Below are positions 1-11,760 of a stretch of DNA of 64,000 nt, piece after piece; position 1 is the first letter of the stretch, and every line of letters begins with the position of its first letter. The notes beneath the pieces are model-generated. The model saw only the letters and a program-made list of their open reading frames with translations, made no database searches and was not told where the DNA came from. Source of the stretch: Podarcis bocagei (lineage: Eukaryota); assembly GCA_964188305.1 (NCBI GenBank), contig OZ076889.1. The stretch is one strand, 5' to 3'. The translations under genes and the position numbers were made by a program.

Positions 1-114
1 GATGCTTTGGAACTTATTATGAGCAAATATAGGAAACACATGTTACAGCTGATGATGAAAAGAAAAGATGTGGATGCTCAGCCCATTTTGAAAGTGCATC
101 AAGCTCAGTCTGCA
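1..114 (+). CDS. SIKE1: SIKE1 internal coding exon (5' part lies outside the window)
   Basis: Frame 1 reads [38 protein letters not shown], then donor GTAAGG at 115. Matches the SIKE1/FGFR1OP2 family; position upstream of CSDE1 supports SIKE1. Confidence 0.92.
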
Positions 115-935
115 GTAAGGAATTATTATCTTCCTTCCTTTCTATTATCTTCTTTCTGGAATAAAAAGAATAAGTTTTCAATAGCAATAAAGATGAGTGG
201 CTTAGTTGTTGTGCTCTGTTCCAATGATGTTTTTTTCTTGCCTTTTTTACATTTTCCTCAAGAGTTTGTTCTCTGAAACATCTTCCTTCCATTAGTGCTC
301 ACAGGTCACAAGTGTCTTCTCTTTGTAGAATAAAGTGTTGCAACTCATCCACATGGTATCTTCCTTAGAATTCTTATAAAGAAAATTACCTGATATCACA
401 CACACACAACATAATTGCAGTTCTTTGTGACTTCAGTATTGTAAAATGCCATGAGATACCCTTAATTTGTTTTTGTACTGCTTGCAAAAATACATACCAG
501 TTATAAGATCCAAGAGATTCTCACCACCACCACTACCTTAAAGCAGCCAGTATGTTGTAATTAATTCTGTCAGATTGCAACCTGAAGATCTGATCTTCCC
601 TCTTAAACCTTCTGGGATAGCAGGAGAACATGCAGTTCCAGTACCTCCTGCAACATTCTGTAACAATCCCTCTCCTCTATTTGTGACAGCAAATGAGACT
701 TTGGTTTTACCACACCGCCAGTTAAGGGAACCAACATGGGAACATGACAGAAGGCACAGTAGAACACAGTTCAGGAAGAAGCTCAGATGTACATATGACA
801 GCACTAGGTCCAGTGAGGGAAGGATGAAGATATGACTCTTTGGTTCTGTGTTCATTGACTTTTCTTTGGAAATATCTGATTTAACTTGTCTTTCTTTTTA
901 ATAGTTTATAATTTTGCTTTCAAATCTGCTTACAG

Positions 936-1049
936 GAAATTGAGAGTCAAATCGACAGGATCTGTGAGATGGGAGACGTAATAAGAAAAGCTGTTCATGT
1001 GGACAATGACCAGTATTATAAAATACAAGAAAAGCTAGCACAGTTAGAG
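936..1049 (+). CDS. SIKE1: SIKE1 penultimate coding exon
   Basis: ttacAG|GAAATT...TTAGAG|GTAAGA; 114 nt, phase 0; [38 protein letters not shown]. Confidence 0.93.
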
Positions 1050-1596
1050 GTAAGATGCTGAACAACTGTAGTTGGGGATAGAAAACAGGGAGGCTTGTGC
1101 CTTGTCAAAGGGTTCTTTCAGCCTCCAAGCCTAAACTAGGGTTGATTGCTGCTTTGTTAAAAGCCAATGCCTGCCTTGAAGTCCTCCTGCTGTAGTCCTG
1201 GTACAGCTGATGAGATAGGAAAGCTGGCAGCTGAGCATCATGAAAGTAGAATCTGCACTTGCAGAATGCTGCTCCGTATCATAGCCCTTAAAACTGCAAG
1301 TTAAGAGGCCGCAACTCTTTGAGTCAGGCTTGAATTACTGAAAATTCTGTTGCTTCACTCTGATATGGGACACATGAATTTACTGGAGGGAAAGGGGTAA
1401 CGCTGCATAGTATGAAAATACGGTTTCAAGTTGGCAATTAAGCAGGTTAATTGGGGGATACAGCATTCAGTAGACCCTTACGACTAGGTACAGCAAGGAG
1501 CACCATGCAACCACTGAAGCTTTCTCACATGATTAAGAAACAGTAGTTGAGGTGGATAATCAGAATCTTAGCTTATCCCTCCCCTTTGAAAGTCAG

Positions 1597-1622
1597 GTAG
1601 GTAGCCATGTTGGTCTGACGCA

Positions 1623-1694
<72 letters not shown>

Positions 1695-1857
1695 AGTAGC
1701 ACCTTAGAGACCAACTAAGTTTCTTCTTGGTATGAGCTTTCATATCTGAAGAAGCTGAAAAAGTGTGCATGCACACGAAAGCTCATACCAAGAACAAACT
1801 TAGTTGGTCTCTAAGGTGCTACTGGACAATTTTTATTAATATTTTTATAAATTTCTG
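1597..1857. mobile_element. Penelope-like retroelement remnant (inverted pseudo-LTR arrangement) with a minimal hammerhead motif
   Basis: 13-bp direct repeats CTTTGAAAGTCAG at 1584-1596 and 1858-1870; 52-bp inverted repeat 1690-1741/1777-1828; CTGAAGA...GTGTGCATGCACAC-GAAAGCTC core. Confidence 0.7.
1624..1692. repeat. Compound (TA)n(TG)n microsatellite
   Basis: Directly visible. Confidence 0.97.
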
Positions 1858-2610
1858 CTTTGAAAGTCAGTTGCAGAGGGAGCCTGTGAAAGTAGAATGG
1901 CACTGTCTGTGAACACCGAAAAGCAAATAAAATGAAACTTATGGTTCATTTTATTTTCCTTTCAATTCCCTCCTTAAGGAACTGCCATGACTCCAAGCTC
2001 CTCAGGCAAGTGCCAATAGTGGTAATGTTTCAGTATCTCTAAAAATTATTACTATTTTATGCACTGCTTTTTACATTAGTCCGAAGGCAGTTTACAGACA
2101 TACAATAAAAACAGCTAAAATAGTTTTAAAAGCTGAACAAAAACAACTAAAGATAGGTTTAAAAATAATGCAAAATAAACCTCTAAAACAGAAACCTTTT
2201 TATCCAGCTGGAAAAGCTTGTTCAAACAAAACTATCCTCAGTTTCTAGAAAGTACAAATAATGGGTGCCTGTTATACCTCAATAGGGATGTTATTCCACA
2301 AAAAAGGATTCAAACTTAGTTTATTAACCCTCATCCAGCCCATCACTGCACCCAGACTGTGGTCTGGGGCCTACACAACCACTCCCAATTGTTACAGAGA
2401 AATGGAGCTTGGTATCACCACAATACTGATGACACCTCACTACAGTTTATTGTGGGAGGAGCGGGGTACTTTTCCATTAGCAAGGAGGAGTGTTGCCAGA
2501 TGGCCCTAGGGTCACTTAGTCAGGTGGAGAGCTGCCACCAGTGGTTCTTCTGCCTAGATAGTCAACAGAAAGTTCTGAAACAGGATGTTTTTGTTTGGCG
2601 GAGGAGGAGT

Positions 2611-2841
2611 TTGGATTTGATATCCTGCTTTATCACTACCCTAAGGAGTCTCAAAGTGGCTAACATTCTCCTTTCCCTTCCTCCCCCACAACAAACACTC
2701 TGTGAGGTAAGTGAGGCTGAGAGACTTCAGAGAAGTGTGACTGGCCCAGGGTCACCCAGCAGCTGCATGTGGAGGAGCGGGGAAGCGAACTCGGTTCACC
2801 AGATTACGAGTCCACCGCTCTTAACTACTGCCCCACACTGG
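2611..2841 (-). mobile_element. tRNA-derived CORE/MIR-like squamate SINE (Squam2/POM-like)
   Basis: Minus strand begins with a tRNA-like head (CCAGTGTGGGGCAGTAGTTAAGAGCGGTGGACTCGTAATCTGGTGAACCGAGTTCG), then a CORE-like GGGTGACCCTGGGCCAGTCAC and an L2-like tail. Family name from recall. Confidence 0.75.
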
Positions 2842-4145
2842 GGTATCTGTGGCTTTCGATGTGCTGGACCAAAGCCCCATGAATCCCCCAAGGGGTCTAA
2901 ATTCAACTGCCCCATTCCAGGGCTTCAGATGATCCATAGTGGGTTCACCACTCCCCTCCACCCCACAGCACCCCAGATCATTTGGATTTCTCTGCATTTA
3001 TGTGTAGGAAACTTGAGCAAAGCCTCCGTTTTTTAAAAAGACCAAACTAGGATCAATTACTGCAGCCACTCCAAATGGTTGCTAGATATATTTTTTTCTA
3101 GCTGCCTTTAAGGGAATCTTAAATACGAAGGTACAGCATTGTTGTGAAATACTATCTCACCAAACCAGCAATATGAGGATAATAACACTGGATAGCTTTT
3201 GTATTGGCACCATTTTAGTGTATTTTTTAAAACTTCATTCTCCAGACAAGTTGGCCTTGGTTTGAAGAAGCATGCTGCTGCTAAATTAGTACAACAATTT
3301 AAGTCCTGGATTTCTCTATGAGCAGTTGTTCCTGTTTGTCACTCTTAATGAGAGATAATCATGACAACCAAACCAGGAAACCAATCTCCAAACAAAGGAT
3401 CTGTCAGTCTGATATTATAATCTGGCCATATGTGTCCTTTTGCTGTAGGAAAACAGCTTCCACAGGAGATGGGGATTAGAGTCCTGCTCTTTAGGAAAAC
3501 ATTCAGGATTGGACAGAATGTGTGTGTGCCCCTTTCCTGGTAAACTGGACCAATCAATATCTTAAGTGGCAAGCTTGTAAAAAGCCACTGAGGGAGTCTT
3601 ACGTTGACAGTTTCGCTTTGGTATAAACACTAAATCATTGAACAATTTGAACAGAACCAGGAATAATAAGGTGGCTACTTGGCAGCAATGGGGTGATCTT
3701 GACTCTCTTGAAAAATTCTTGCAGAGCATTTAAAGGACATTCAAGGTTGGTGGTCAATAAATAACTAGGCCAGGAAGCTGTGCGTGTGCTTGCTAGGTTC
3801 TTGTTGTCATGGCAACAGAGAAGAAATACATATAAGCCCCAGGCTGTGTCCAGAATAGGAGTTTGAGCAGTTCTTAAAATGGATGTTAGATCACCAAGCT
3901 GGCAATTACCAGTCAACTTGGCCAACACAGGTTTAGTACAACACAACTTGTGAAAGTGCTGATAGAAATGGATCTGTAAATGATTAATGTTTTCTCTTGC
4001 TATTTTTGTCTAATAAATGAGACCAATATTTATTTGTTTATTTACATTTGCCAAGGGTCTGGATTTAGTACTATCTTATATTAGCACTTATGTAACTGTC
4101 ACTGCTTTGCTCATAGGTTTGAAACTGTTTTTATTGGTTTTATAG

Positions 4146-4265
4146 CTTGAAAATAAAGAGTTGAGAAAACTCTTAACAATCAGCAGAGAATCTATCGAGG
4201 TGAGGCAAGAAGAAATGCCTGATGGTGCTTCTCAATCCACAAAGCAACTGCCTCTGAATAGTTGA
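4146..4265 (+). CDS. SIKE1: SIKE1 last coding exon
   Basis: ttttatAG|CTTGAA; LENKELRKLLTISRESIEVRQEEMPDGASQSTKQLPLNS*, stop TGA at 4263-4265. The 3' UTR follows; candidate poly(A) signals are AATAAA 6280 and ATTAAA 6505. Confidence 0.92.
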   Translation, partial: LENKELRKLLTISRESIEVRQEEMPDGASQSTKQLPLNS

Positions 4266-7200
4266 TCTCTGAAGCTGGTAAACTGCACTGCAGGAAGGAG
4301 TGTGCTTATTTTACAAGCTGTTCTTTTAATTCCCTCATGTCTCCGTTTGGGTATCATTCCAGCCTTTTGCTATATTATAGACTGTGCTTTGTGCATAGCT
4401 GCTGAAATGACTCCCTCTGCAGGCTAAGCTTTGCCCTGCTTAATCATGCAGAGGAGTACTCGTGCAGCTGTAGTCCTAAGCAAATGCTTTCTCAGGGTTA
4501 TCCTTGCTTTCAGAAATCTCAGTTGGATAGGACAATTTGATCACTTTTGGCTTTTCCAGTGTAAGTACATTTCTTTAAAAGTCAGACTTTTATAGGAAAT
4601 GCAGCAAAATAGTCCAAACAGACTTATTTTCTTAGAAGTTTATTTACTCTCAAGCAAATAATGCCTAAGATAAATTGTCATGCAGAATTTAGGCACTCCC
4701 ATTCTTAATTTGATTTAATTAATCGTCTAAGCAGTATTTTGGTTCCATTTAACTACTGTGTACCAAAATTACTTCTCTTGAATACATCAACCAATATAGA
4801 AAGTAATGCACAATTATCTGTAAAAGTATTCTCTGAAACCCCACATGTGTGAGTGCAGTGGTTGCACACAGAGAGATCTCATAATGTATAGCAGAATCTT
4901 GCATTTAGCACCCTGTCTAACATGCCATACCATTATGGAGGTCCTTGAATGTCTCATGTATTTCCATCCATTCCTCTTTTCCCTCTCCCTCCCCAACTCA
5001 AGGAATATGAGCTCATGTTCCTTCACTGAGCAGAGCTGGCATGTACAGACCTCAAATTCCTTGTAATTGCTTGTTGAGGGTCAGGGGGCAAGATATCTGT
5101 TAAATCCCTTGGAGACTCCTCTGTGTGCAGGCATTGCTCTTGCATGGGGAAGAAATCATGCCCAATCTATTCATGTTTACATAGTACTGAAATGATCTAG
5201 AATGATGACTCTTCCAAAAGCAGCATCCTTTGGAACTTCATGCTATGTATTTCAAAATTTACTCTTTGCAAGGTATTGATAGTAAAATGCTGCTGTTTCT
5301 AGATTTCCCCCCTTTTCTTCTACTTGAGACTTCAGATGGGTGCTGCATGGAATCTTGTTTGTGTACTTTATTGAAGATCTTGTCTTCATGCTGAGTAGTT
5401 AAGGAAAGCATTCACCAAACAGACTTGAAGACAAATAAATTATAAAGTGATTGTATAGGAACCTAGCCAAGTCCTGTCTTCATTTATAGTGCTCTGCAGT
5501 TTATTGTGTGTTCTTAGCTGCTCACTTGCAGACTCTCACATCCTCATACCTGATAGATTCTATGACTGTCTCAACATTGTGCTTGTGATTGTGGAGCTAG
5601 AACTGGAGACATGTCTAGCCTGTGTGGTCACATCTGTATAAATGTATTTGTCCCATAGCATGCTTCCATCTTGTACAGCATATTGCCTATTGCTAAAGTG
5701 TTGTAAACCATAATGAATGGGAAAGAAGATATTTCAGTGTTTCTGCTTTCTACAGGTAAGTTTCAGAGTAGGATCAGTTGCTCAGTGTTGACTTGAGCTT
5801 GCAGCACATGTCCTTTCTCCATGTTTATCATCTTTCCCCATCAGTGTGGTGGAGATGAGAGCCGGGTTTATTCTTCAAATTCATCTTTTGGTGTTTTTAA
5901 ATCCTTACCAGTCAGTTTTACTTTGAAGACTGAGCTGATAAAAGAGCTGCTGCTTTTGTGCATTATGCAAACATAACCTAATCAGCAGGACAGATTCACC
6001 TGTATATCATCACTTTGCAGTGTTATGCCTTAAATATATGCCATCAGTGCCACCTTCAGAATCAAACAGGCTCTTGTTATGAGCGGCAACATGTGCTCAG
6101 TCCGTGCATAGATTCTGGATTATTTTGTAAATACCCTTGAGGGATGTTACAATGTACATAAGTGAGTTACAGAGCTGTTGTGCTGTTGTTTGCCATCTTA
6201 TCTGCCTGCTCTGATCAGTGAATTCAATCTTGTCTTTACCTCTCAGGTATTAAATATGTATATTTGCTCATTTTCCTGAAATAAATGTTTTGAGGCAATA
6301 TTATATGTTGTGGCACTTTTTGTACCGTGGATAATTTATGGACTTGCTTTACCATTGGCCAGTACCATTGTTTGCTGATTAACCACTTGGACCATTGCAA
6401 GTTACGTTCTGTATTTATCTGCAAATTAGGCTGAGTAAAGGGAACTGAAATTGGCATATGCTGGCTATAAATAGGTGTCTAGTGCAACCATGTTTATCAA
6501 ACCAATTAAACCTTTAAGAATTTCATAAATACCTATATTTAACTTTGTAAAACCAAGATTTATTTCAGTCATTGACTGAAACAAAATGTACACATTCTCC
6601 TTTATACATGAGAATGCAAAAGTGAGCCTGTTTTCTAACCTAATTAGTAATTAGCTTTTCTCTAAAATACAGTCTAGGACACACAATATGAAATACAGTA
6701 AGTAAAAAGTACAATTCAAGCTGTTACCACTGCAACAGTACAATCCTATACATGTCTACTCTATTGGGCCTCCTCTCCCTCAACTACCACCAGGCAGCAG
6801 CCATTCCATCAGGCTGCCACAGTGGGGGAGGTAGGAAGCAGGGCTCATTCCATCAACCAGCCAAAAGACAAGCTCCATCAGGTGCCTCCTGCCTCTGAGC
6901 TGTTTCTAGGCCAGCTGGTCATTGTGAAAACTAATCTTTAATAATTGGCACCCGAGTTGCTTTTTGGTCTTTTCTCCCTTGCCCCTTGTGTTTTGAGATG
7001 GGAAGCCTGCAGGGAAGGACTGTCTTGTTTTCATTGATTATATGTAAGCCCCTCTGTGAACATCTATAGCTGAGGAGTGGGGTACAAATGCTCCAAATAA
7101 ATGAATTGTTTTTATTTAATTTGGGTCTTTGAGTAAAGCAAGGTTGGGAAACCGTTTTTAGCCAAATGGCATCATATCCTTTTGGGCAACATTTTGGGGC

Positions 7201-8719
7201 TTGTGTGTGAGTGAACGGGTCTGGAAGGAAAAGTGGATTGATGGATGGAGGTAAATGTTACAAAGGGTCACAGTCAGCTAGTTTCTAAATGCAAATTTGA
7301 GCCCAGATAAAGGAGTTTGGCCTGAAGTTCTTCCCTGGGCTAAAACAACATAATCAAAAATGTAAATGTCGGTCAGTATTCGCAACAGGAGATGAAAATA
7401 CCTTCACTTGCCAATAGGTAAGGTAAAGGTAAACAATAGAATATGTGTAGAGAGACAGCCAGTCAACCCTCCCTAGTCCACCAAAGTGAGATCCATGACA
7501 TGGAAAATACATCAGATATTGTATCCTTTGGAGAGTAAAAATATTGTCTGGTTCATACCTGATCATGACCCCTTCACCATCTGTAGTTTAATTGGAGATG
7601 TAGCCAATGAAAAACAAGGTAACCTGCACCTTTGCCCTTCAAGAAAATTACTTTGGGCCATAATGAATTGAATGTGGAGATATCTATCTATCTATCTAGA
7701 GAAAGAGAGCAATTTGGTTAGGCATTTAATTCTAACTTGCAAACATAACAGTTTGTGATAATATTTGGCTTCCTCTGGCAGCTTTCTGCTATCCTGCAGA
7801 AATTACAAGGGAGAGAGAACCTGACAAAGTAGAAAGTAGAACAAATTTCTTTCAGGTGGCCACTGAGTAAAATTATCCTTGCCTCTTACATGTAAAAAAG
7901 GGGTTCCTTTGTTTATCAGCCTTTTCCTATAAGTCATGTTTTGCAAATAATCTGTGGCTTCCTACCTCCCACAAATCAAGAATCAAGTTTGTCTACATTT
8001 TTCATAAGTGTGCCTCTAGCTGAAAATTGCTTTGCAGTTAACAGCCACTGCAAGAATAAAATAACACCTTTGTTTTAGAAAATAGGCATTCAGTTACCAG
8101 CCCACCTAATTTTACAGTGATGCTCAATATGGTTTGGACCTAAAAGTAGAATGAGGTTGCTTTGGCTCATAGAAGGGAGCCTTGTTTGCACTCTTCATTG
8201 CAGCAACACCATACACCCTTAAAATTATCGCCTGAAGGTTGGAGAACGATCCAGTGGCTTTGGAGGGTGGGGAGAGACTACATTTGCAGAGGGGGGAATC
8301 TGCAACCCTCTCGTGAGTGTGCAGAAATACCTTCTGTGTGTGCATGTTGGGACTGGAGTCCAAGCCTCTGATTGGTTCACTAAAAACACTGCCTTTGAGT
8401 CAATAAGGACAGGGCATCTCAACCCGCTTCAAGGTAATTCACTGACACGATCAGGGTTGTCAACAGCCACTGTTGTTAGATATGGCATGCCAATATCCTG
8501 CATAGCTGTCACAAAAAGTAATTTATGTGCGTTCCTAAATCCAGTTAAGGAAGTTGCATACCATATTTTGCTGATACATAGTAATTACTATTATGGAGTT
8601 GCAATTATAATCCAATGCAACAGGCTAAACTAGTCTGACTAGCCTTGGTTTATTTACCCTACTTCTAAGCAAAGTGGTGTACCATGCAATGTTGCTGTTG
8701 TGTGGGAGATGATAGATAG

Positions 8720-8720
<1 letters not shown>

Positions 8721-8798
<78 letters not shown>

Positions 8799-8811
8799 AG
8801 ACTGAGACTGA
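8721..8811. repeat. Compound (TG)n(AG)n microsatellite with a GAGACT tail
   Basis: Directly visible. Confidence 0.95.
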
Positions 8812-8921
8812 GTCTACTATGTGACACCTTGCACAGAGGACCCAATTTGTTTGTGTTTTATAGAAAAGGGAACTGGAGGCTTCTTGGTGGTCAAAGGTGT
8901 AGGAAGCTGCAATTCCAATTT

Positions 8922-9102
8922 GGGGATCAACTGTAGCTCAGATAGAGCATCTGCTCTGCATGCAGAAGGTCCCTGGTTCAATTTCCAGGTAGGGCTGAGA
9001 GGTCCCTGCCTGAAACCCAGGAGAGCTGATGCCAGTCAAGGTAGACAGCACTGAACTAGATGGGCCAATGGTCTGACTCAGTATAAGGCACTTTCCCATG
9101 TT
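8922..9102 (+). mobile_element. tRNA-derived SINE (Squam3-like)
   Basis: A-box TGTAGCTCAGATAGAGC, B-box GGTTCAATTTCC, 3' end GATGGGCCAATGGTCTGACTCAGTATAAGGCA; related copies at 16911 and about 49795-49920. Confidence 0.75.
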
Positions 9103-10389
9103 GCAGGTAGTTCTACAGATACTCTTATTGTAAATGGAGGCAGCCATTCAGTAAGCTAGAACTAAAAAGGTGGAGCCAATAGGCAGCTCCTAAAGTGCAA
9201 GGATGTTTCCAGCATGAACCTTGAGATATTTGTGGTGGTGAACAAAGGGGGATTTAAAATGTATTAGAGGAGGAAATGATAGCCCTGTGAAACATTATAA
9301 ATCCTTCGTTCCCTGTCTTCTTGTCTCCGTTCATTTTTCTTGCAGCCACCCCATTCATGTGCCTTTTGCTTCCTCTGCATAAAGCATTGTTAATTCTCCC
9401 TCTGCCATTCCCCTTTTCTAGCCCCAAGTATTTTTGCAGGGGCCTTAGGGCATGCTCAAGCAGCTATTCCTCTGTGTTAATGAGACTCTCTGCTTACATA
9501 GGTTATTACACAAGCTGCTTTGACTCTTCACATTAGTCTGCAGCTGAAATAGCTTAGTTTAGACTGCTCAACCTGCCCTATCAATGCTTCTTACTTCCAG
9601 GAAAAATAAGAGTAATGGAGGGATGAGAGATGTGGAAAAGCACACTATGCCAAACTAGGAAAGCTGACAATAGTTATGGTTGCCAATGCAAGGCAATTGC
9701 CAGTGCCTTAGGCTACAAATCACTACACATCATTCTGAATTGGACACATCTACCCATCTTACCTGAGGGAAAGGAAGTAGATGCAGGGCTGGCTGAGGGA
9801 AAGGACAAGATGGTTAACAGGTGAAGCTTATTCCTGCATGGAAATGGGTATAGCTTCCACTGCTGAATCTCCTGTCTGTTGTGCAGCTGCTTAGAAGTAC
9901 AAGAGGCATGCAAGAAAATAAAAAGTGGTAGTCCTAGACTGCGGCCTGGAAACTGCCTGCATTGTAGGTATGTGAAATTATGCGGTGGGGTGGGGTGGGG
10001 TAGGTGGTGCTAGCAGCCATCCATATGCCTGCAGACATTGGGCATCCTGGCACTGGGGCTAATAGCCATAGGCATCTGATTGGCCAATATTGGAACAGGA
10101 TGCTGGGCTAGATGGGCTGCTGGCCTGATCCAACCGGCTCTTGCGTGAGGGATGGTGGGAATTGGGAGTCCAGTCCAGCAACATCTGGAGGGTCACAGGT
10201 TTTCCGTCCCTGCTGCAAAACAACTGGACAGTTCACATCTTTCCGCGGAAGGTTTGCAATGTTATTGTGTCATTGTGCTGGTTTGATTAGGTGCCTTCCG
10301 TTTGCCGGGCTCATGGTTCTCATGACCTTTGTTACACATACACCCAACTTTTTCATATTTTGTAATAAAGATGCAATTCGTGCATCTCA

Positions 10390-11760
10390 ATACTGCACGG
10401 CGTCCCTTTAAGCAGCGGCTGCCCTGAAAGGCGGCCAATAAGTAAACAGAGAGCAAAGGCGCGCATGCGCTTTTGCGCGGCTACTTATCCCGAAGCCTCC
10501 CTTAGAGCCCGAGCTCCCGCTTCCACCCCCCCCCGCCCGGCCTTGCTGCGCACGCGCGGAGCCGCCCTCCTCTCTGCCCGCGAGTCTCGCGAGAAGCCGG
10601 GATTTATTCCTACGTGCTGTGCCGTGCTGCTCATGGCGGCGCTGGAGCGGGGGCGCTGAGCTGTTGGGGTAAGTGGGGTTGTCCCTGCCGGGAGGCCGGC
10701 AGCCTCCTCTGCCCGCCCGGCGCGACCTTGACGGTGGCGGGCAGGGAGAGCCGAGGGGGCTTGGAATGTCGCCTGTCACTCTGTCCCAGGGACCAACGGT
10801 CTAGCGCGGGGGGAACCCCTCCCCCACCCGCCGTGTGCCCTGCTCGTTTGACAGACGGGCGCAAAGAGGCGGGGGGGGCGGGAAGGGAAGGAGAAGCGAG
10901 AGAAAGGGAACCTTGCTGGGCCGAGCGGGCTCCCTCGCTCTCTTCTCTCCCCAGCTTCCGTTTGTCTCCAGGCAGGGGCCTAAAGAGAGGGAGGGAAAGG
11001 GAGCGGACTGGTGGGCCCGAACCCCGACATCACTACGGCTCCCAATGTGCACCGCGCGACTGGCCTTCCCTCGCAGGGGCCGCTGGGGCTTGGAGTTCAG
11101 GGGCGCGGTGCTCTAGGCGGCCGCGGCGATGAAAAGCACTCCAACTCCCGGCGCGGCGGCTGTAAGCTGCGCGGCCACTGGGCCTTCTGGGGGGTGGAGT
11201 CCTGGCACCTCGTCTTCGGCGGAGCAGAGTGGGAGACGGGAACTACCTCTCCCGGCATGCAGCGTGCGGGTGCGGGGAGGGGAAGAGGAGGTCAATCTTC
11301 CTTTGTGTGAGGGGGAGCGGTCGCCATTTTCCTTCTCTCCCTCGCTCTACCCCCACCGCGCCCCAGCCTCGAGAGAGGGGCAGATAGTGGACACGCCCCA
11401 GGCGCCTGAGGGGAAGAACGTGCCCCTCGGTGTAACCGGCCGGAGGGGCGCCCAGGGATGTATTCCGGCCTTGGCTCGCCCCCAGGCGCAGCAGGGCTGG
11501 GGCTTTGGGTTTCCGCATCCTTTCCTTTTCGGATGCGGACCCCCGCCCCGCAAGCGTTAGATCGCCCCTCAGTAGTAGGAGCCACCATCTTGCTGCCTCA
11601 GTGCCATGTGCTGTGGCTTTCTTTAATGTGATGCTGCGGCACAGGGTGGAATGGCCACCCGTAGCTCCTTTCGCTCATGTGGACAGCGGTAACGAAGCTG
11701 AGGAAACAGACGATTGTCTGGCACCGCTCTGCGGTCGTCAGAAATCCGTTTTGAGTGCTA
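10390..11760 (+). promoter_or_regulatory. CSDE1: CSDE1 CpG-island promoter
   Basis: CpG-dense. CCAAT 10435-10439, NRF1 GCGCATGCGC 10461-10470, GC box 10531-10538, TCTCGCGAGA (BANP/ZBTB33 motif) 10585-10594, YY1-like CATGGCGGC 10632-10640 and CGCCATTTT 11322-11330. Confidence 0.88.
10595..10668 (+). other. CSDE1: CSDE1 non-coding exon 1 (start approximate)
   Basis: ATGGCGGCGCTGGAGCGGGGGCGCTGAGCTGTTGGG|GTAAGT resembles mammalian CSDE1 exon 1 as recalled; strong donor at 10669. Confidence 0.82.

Noticed and set aside
2359-3036. 225-aa ORF on the + strand
   Set aside because: Runs through an antisense SINE within a SIKE1 intron; no recognisable domain.
8922-9000. tRNA-like sequence with A and B boxes (also at 16911, 49860 and 52900)
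   Set aside because: No complete cloverleaf; continues into a SINE body, so these are SINE heads, not tRNA genes.
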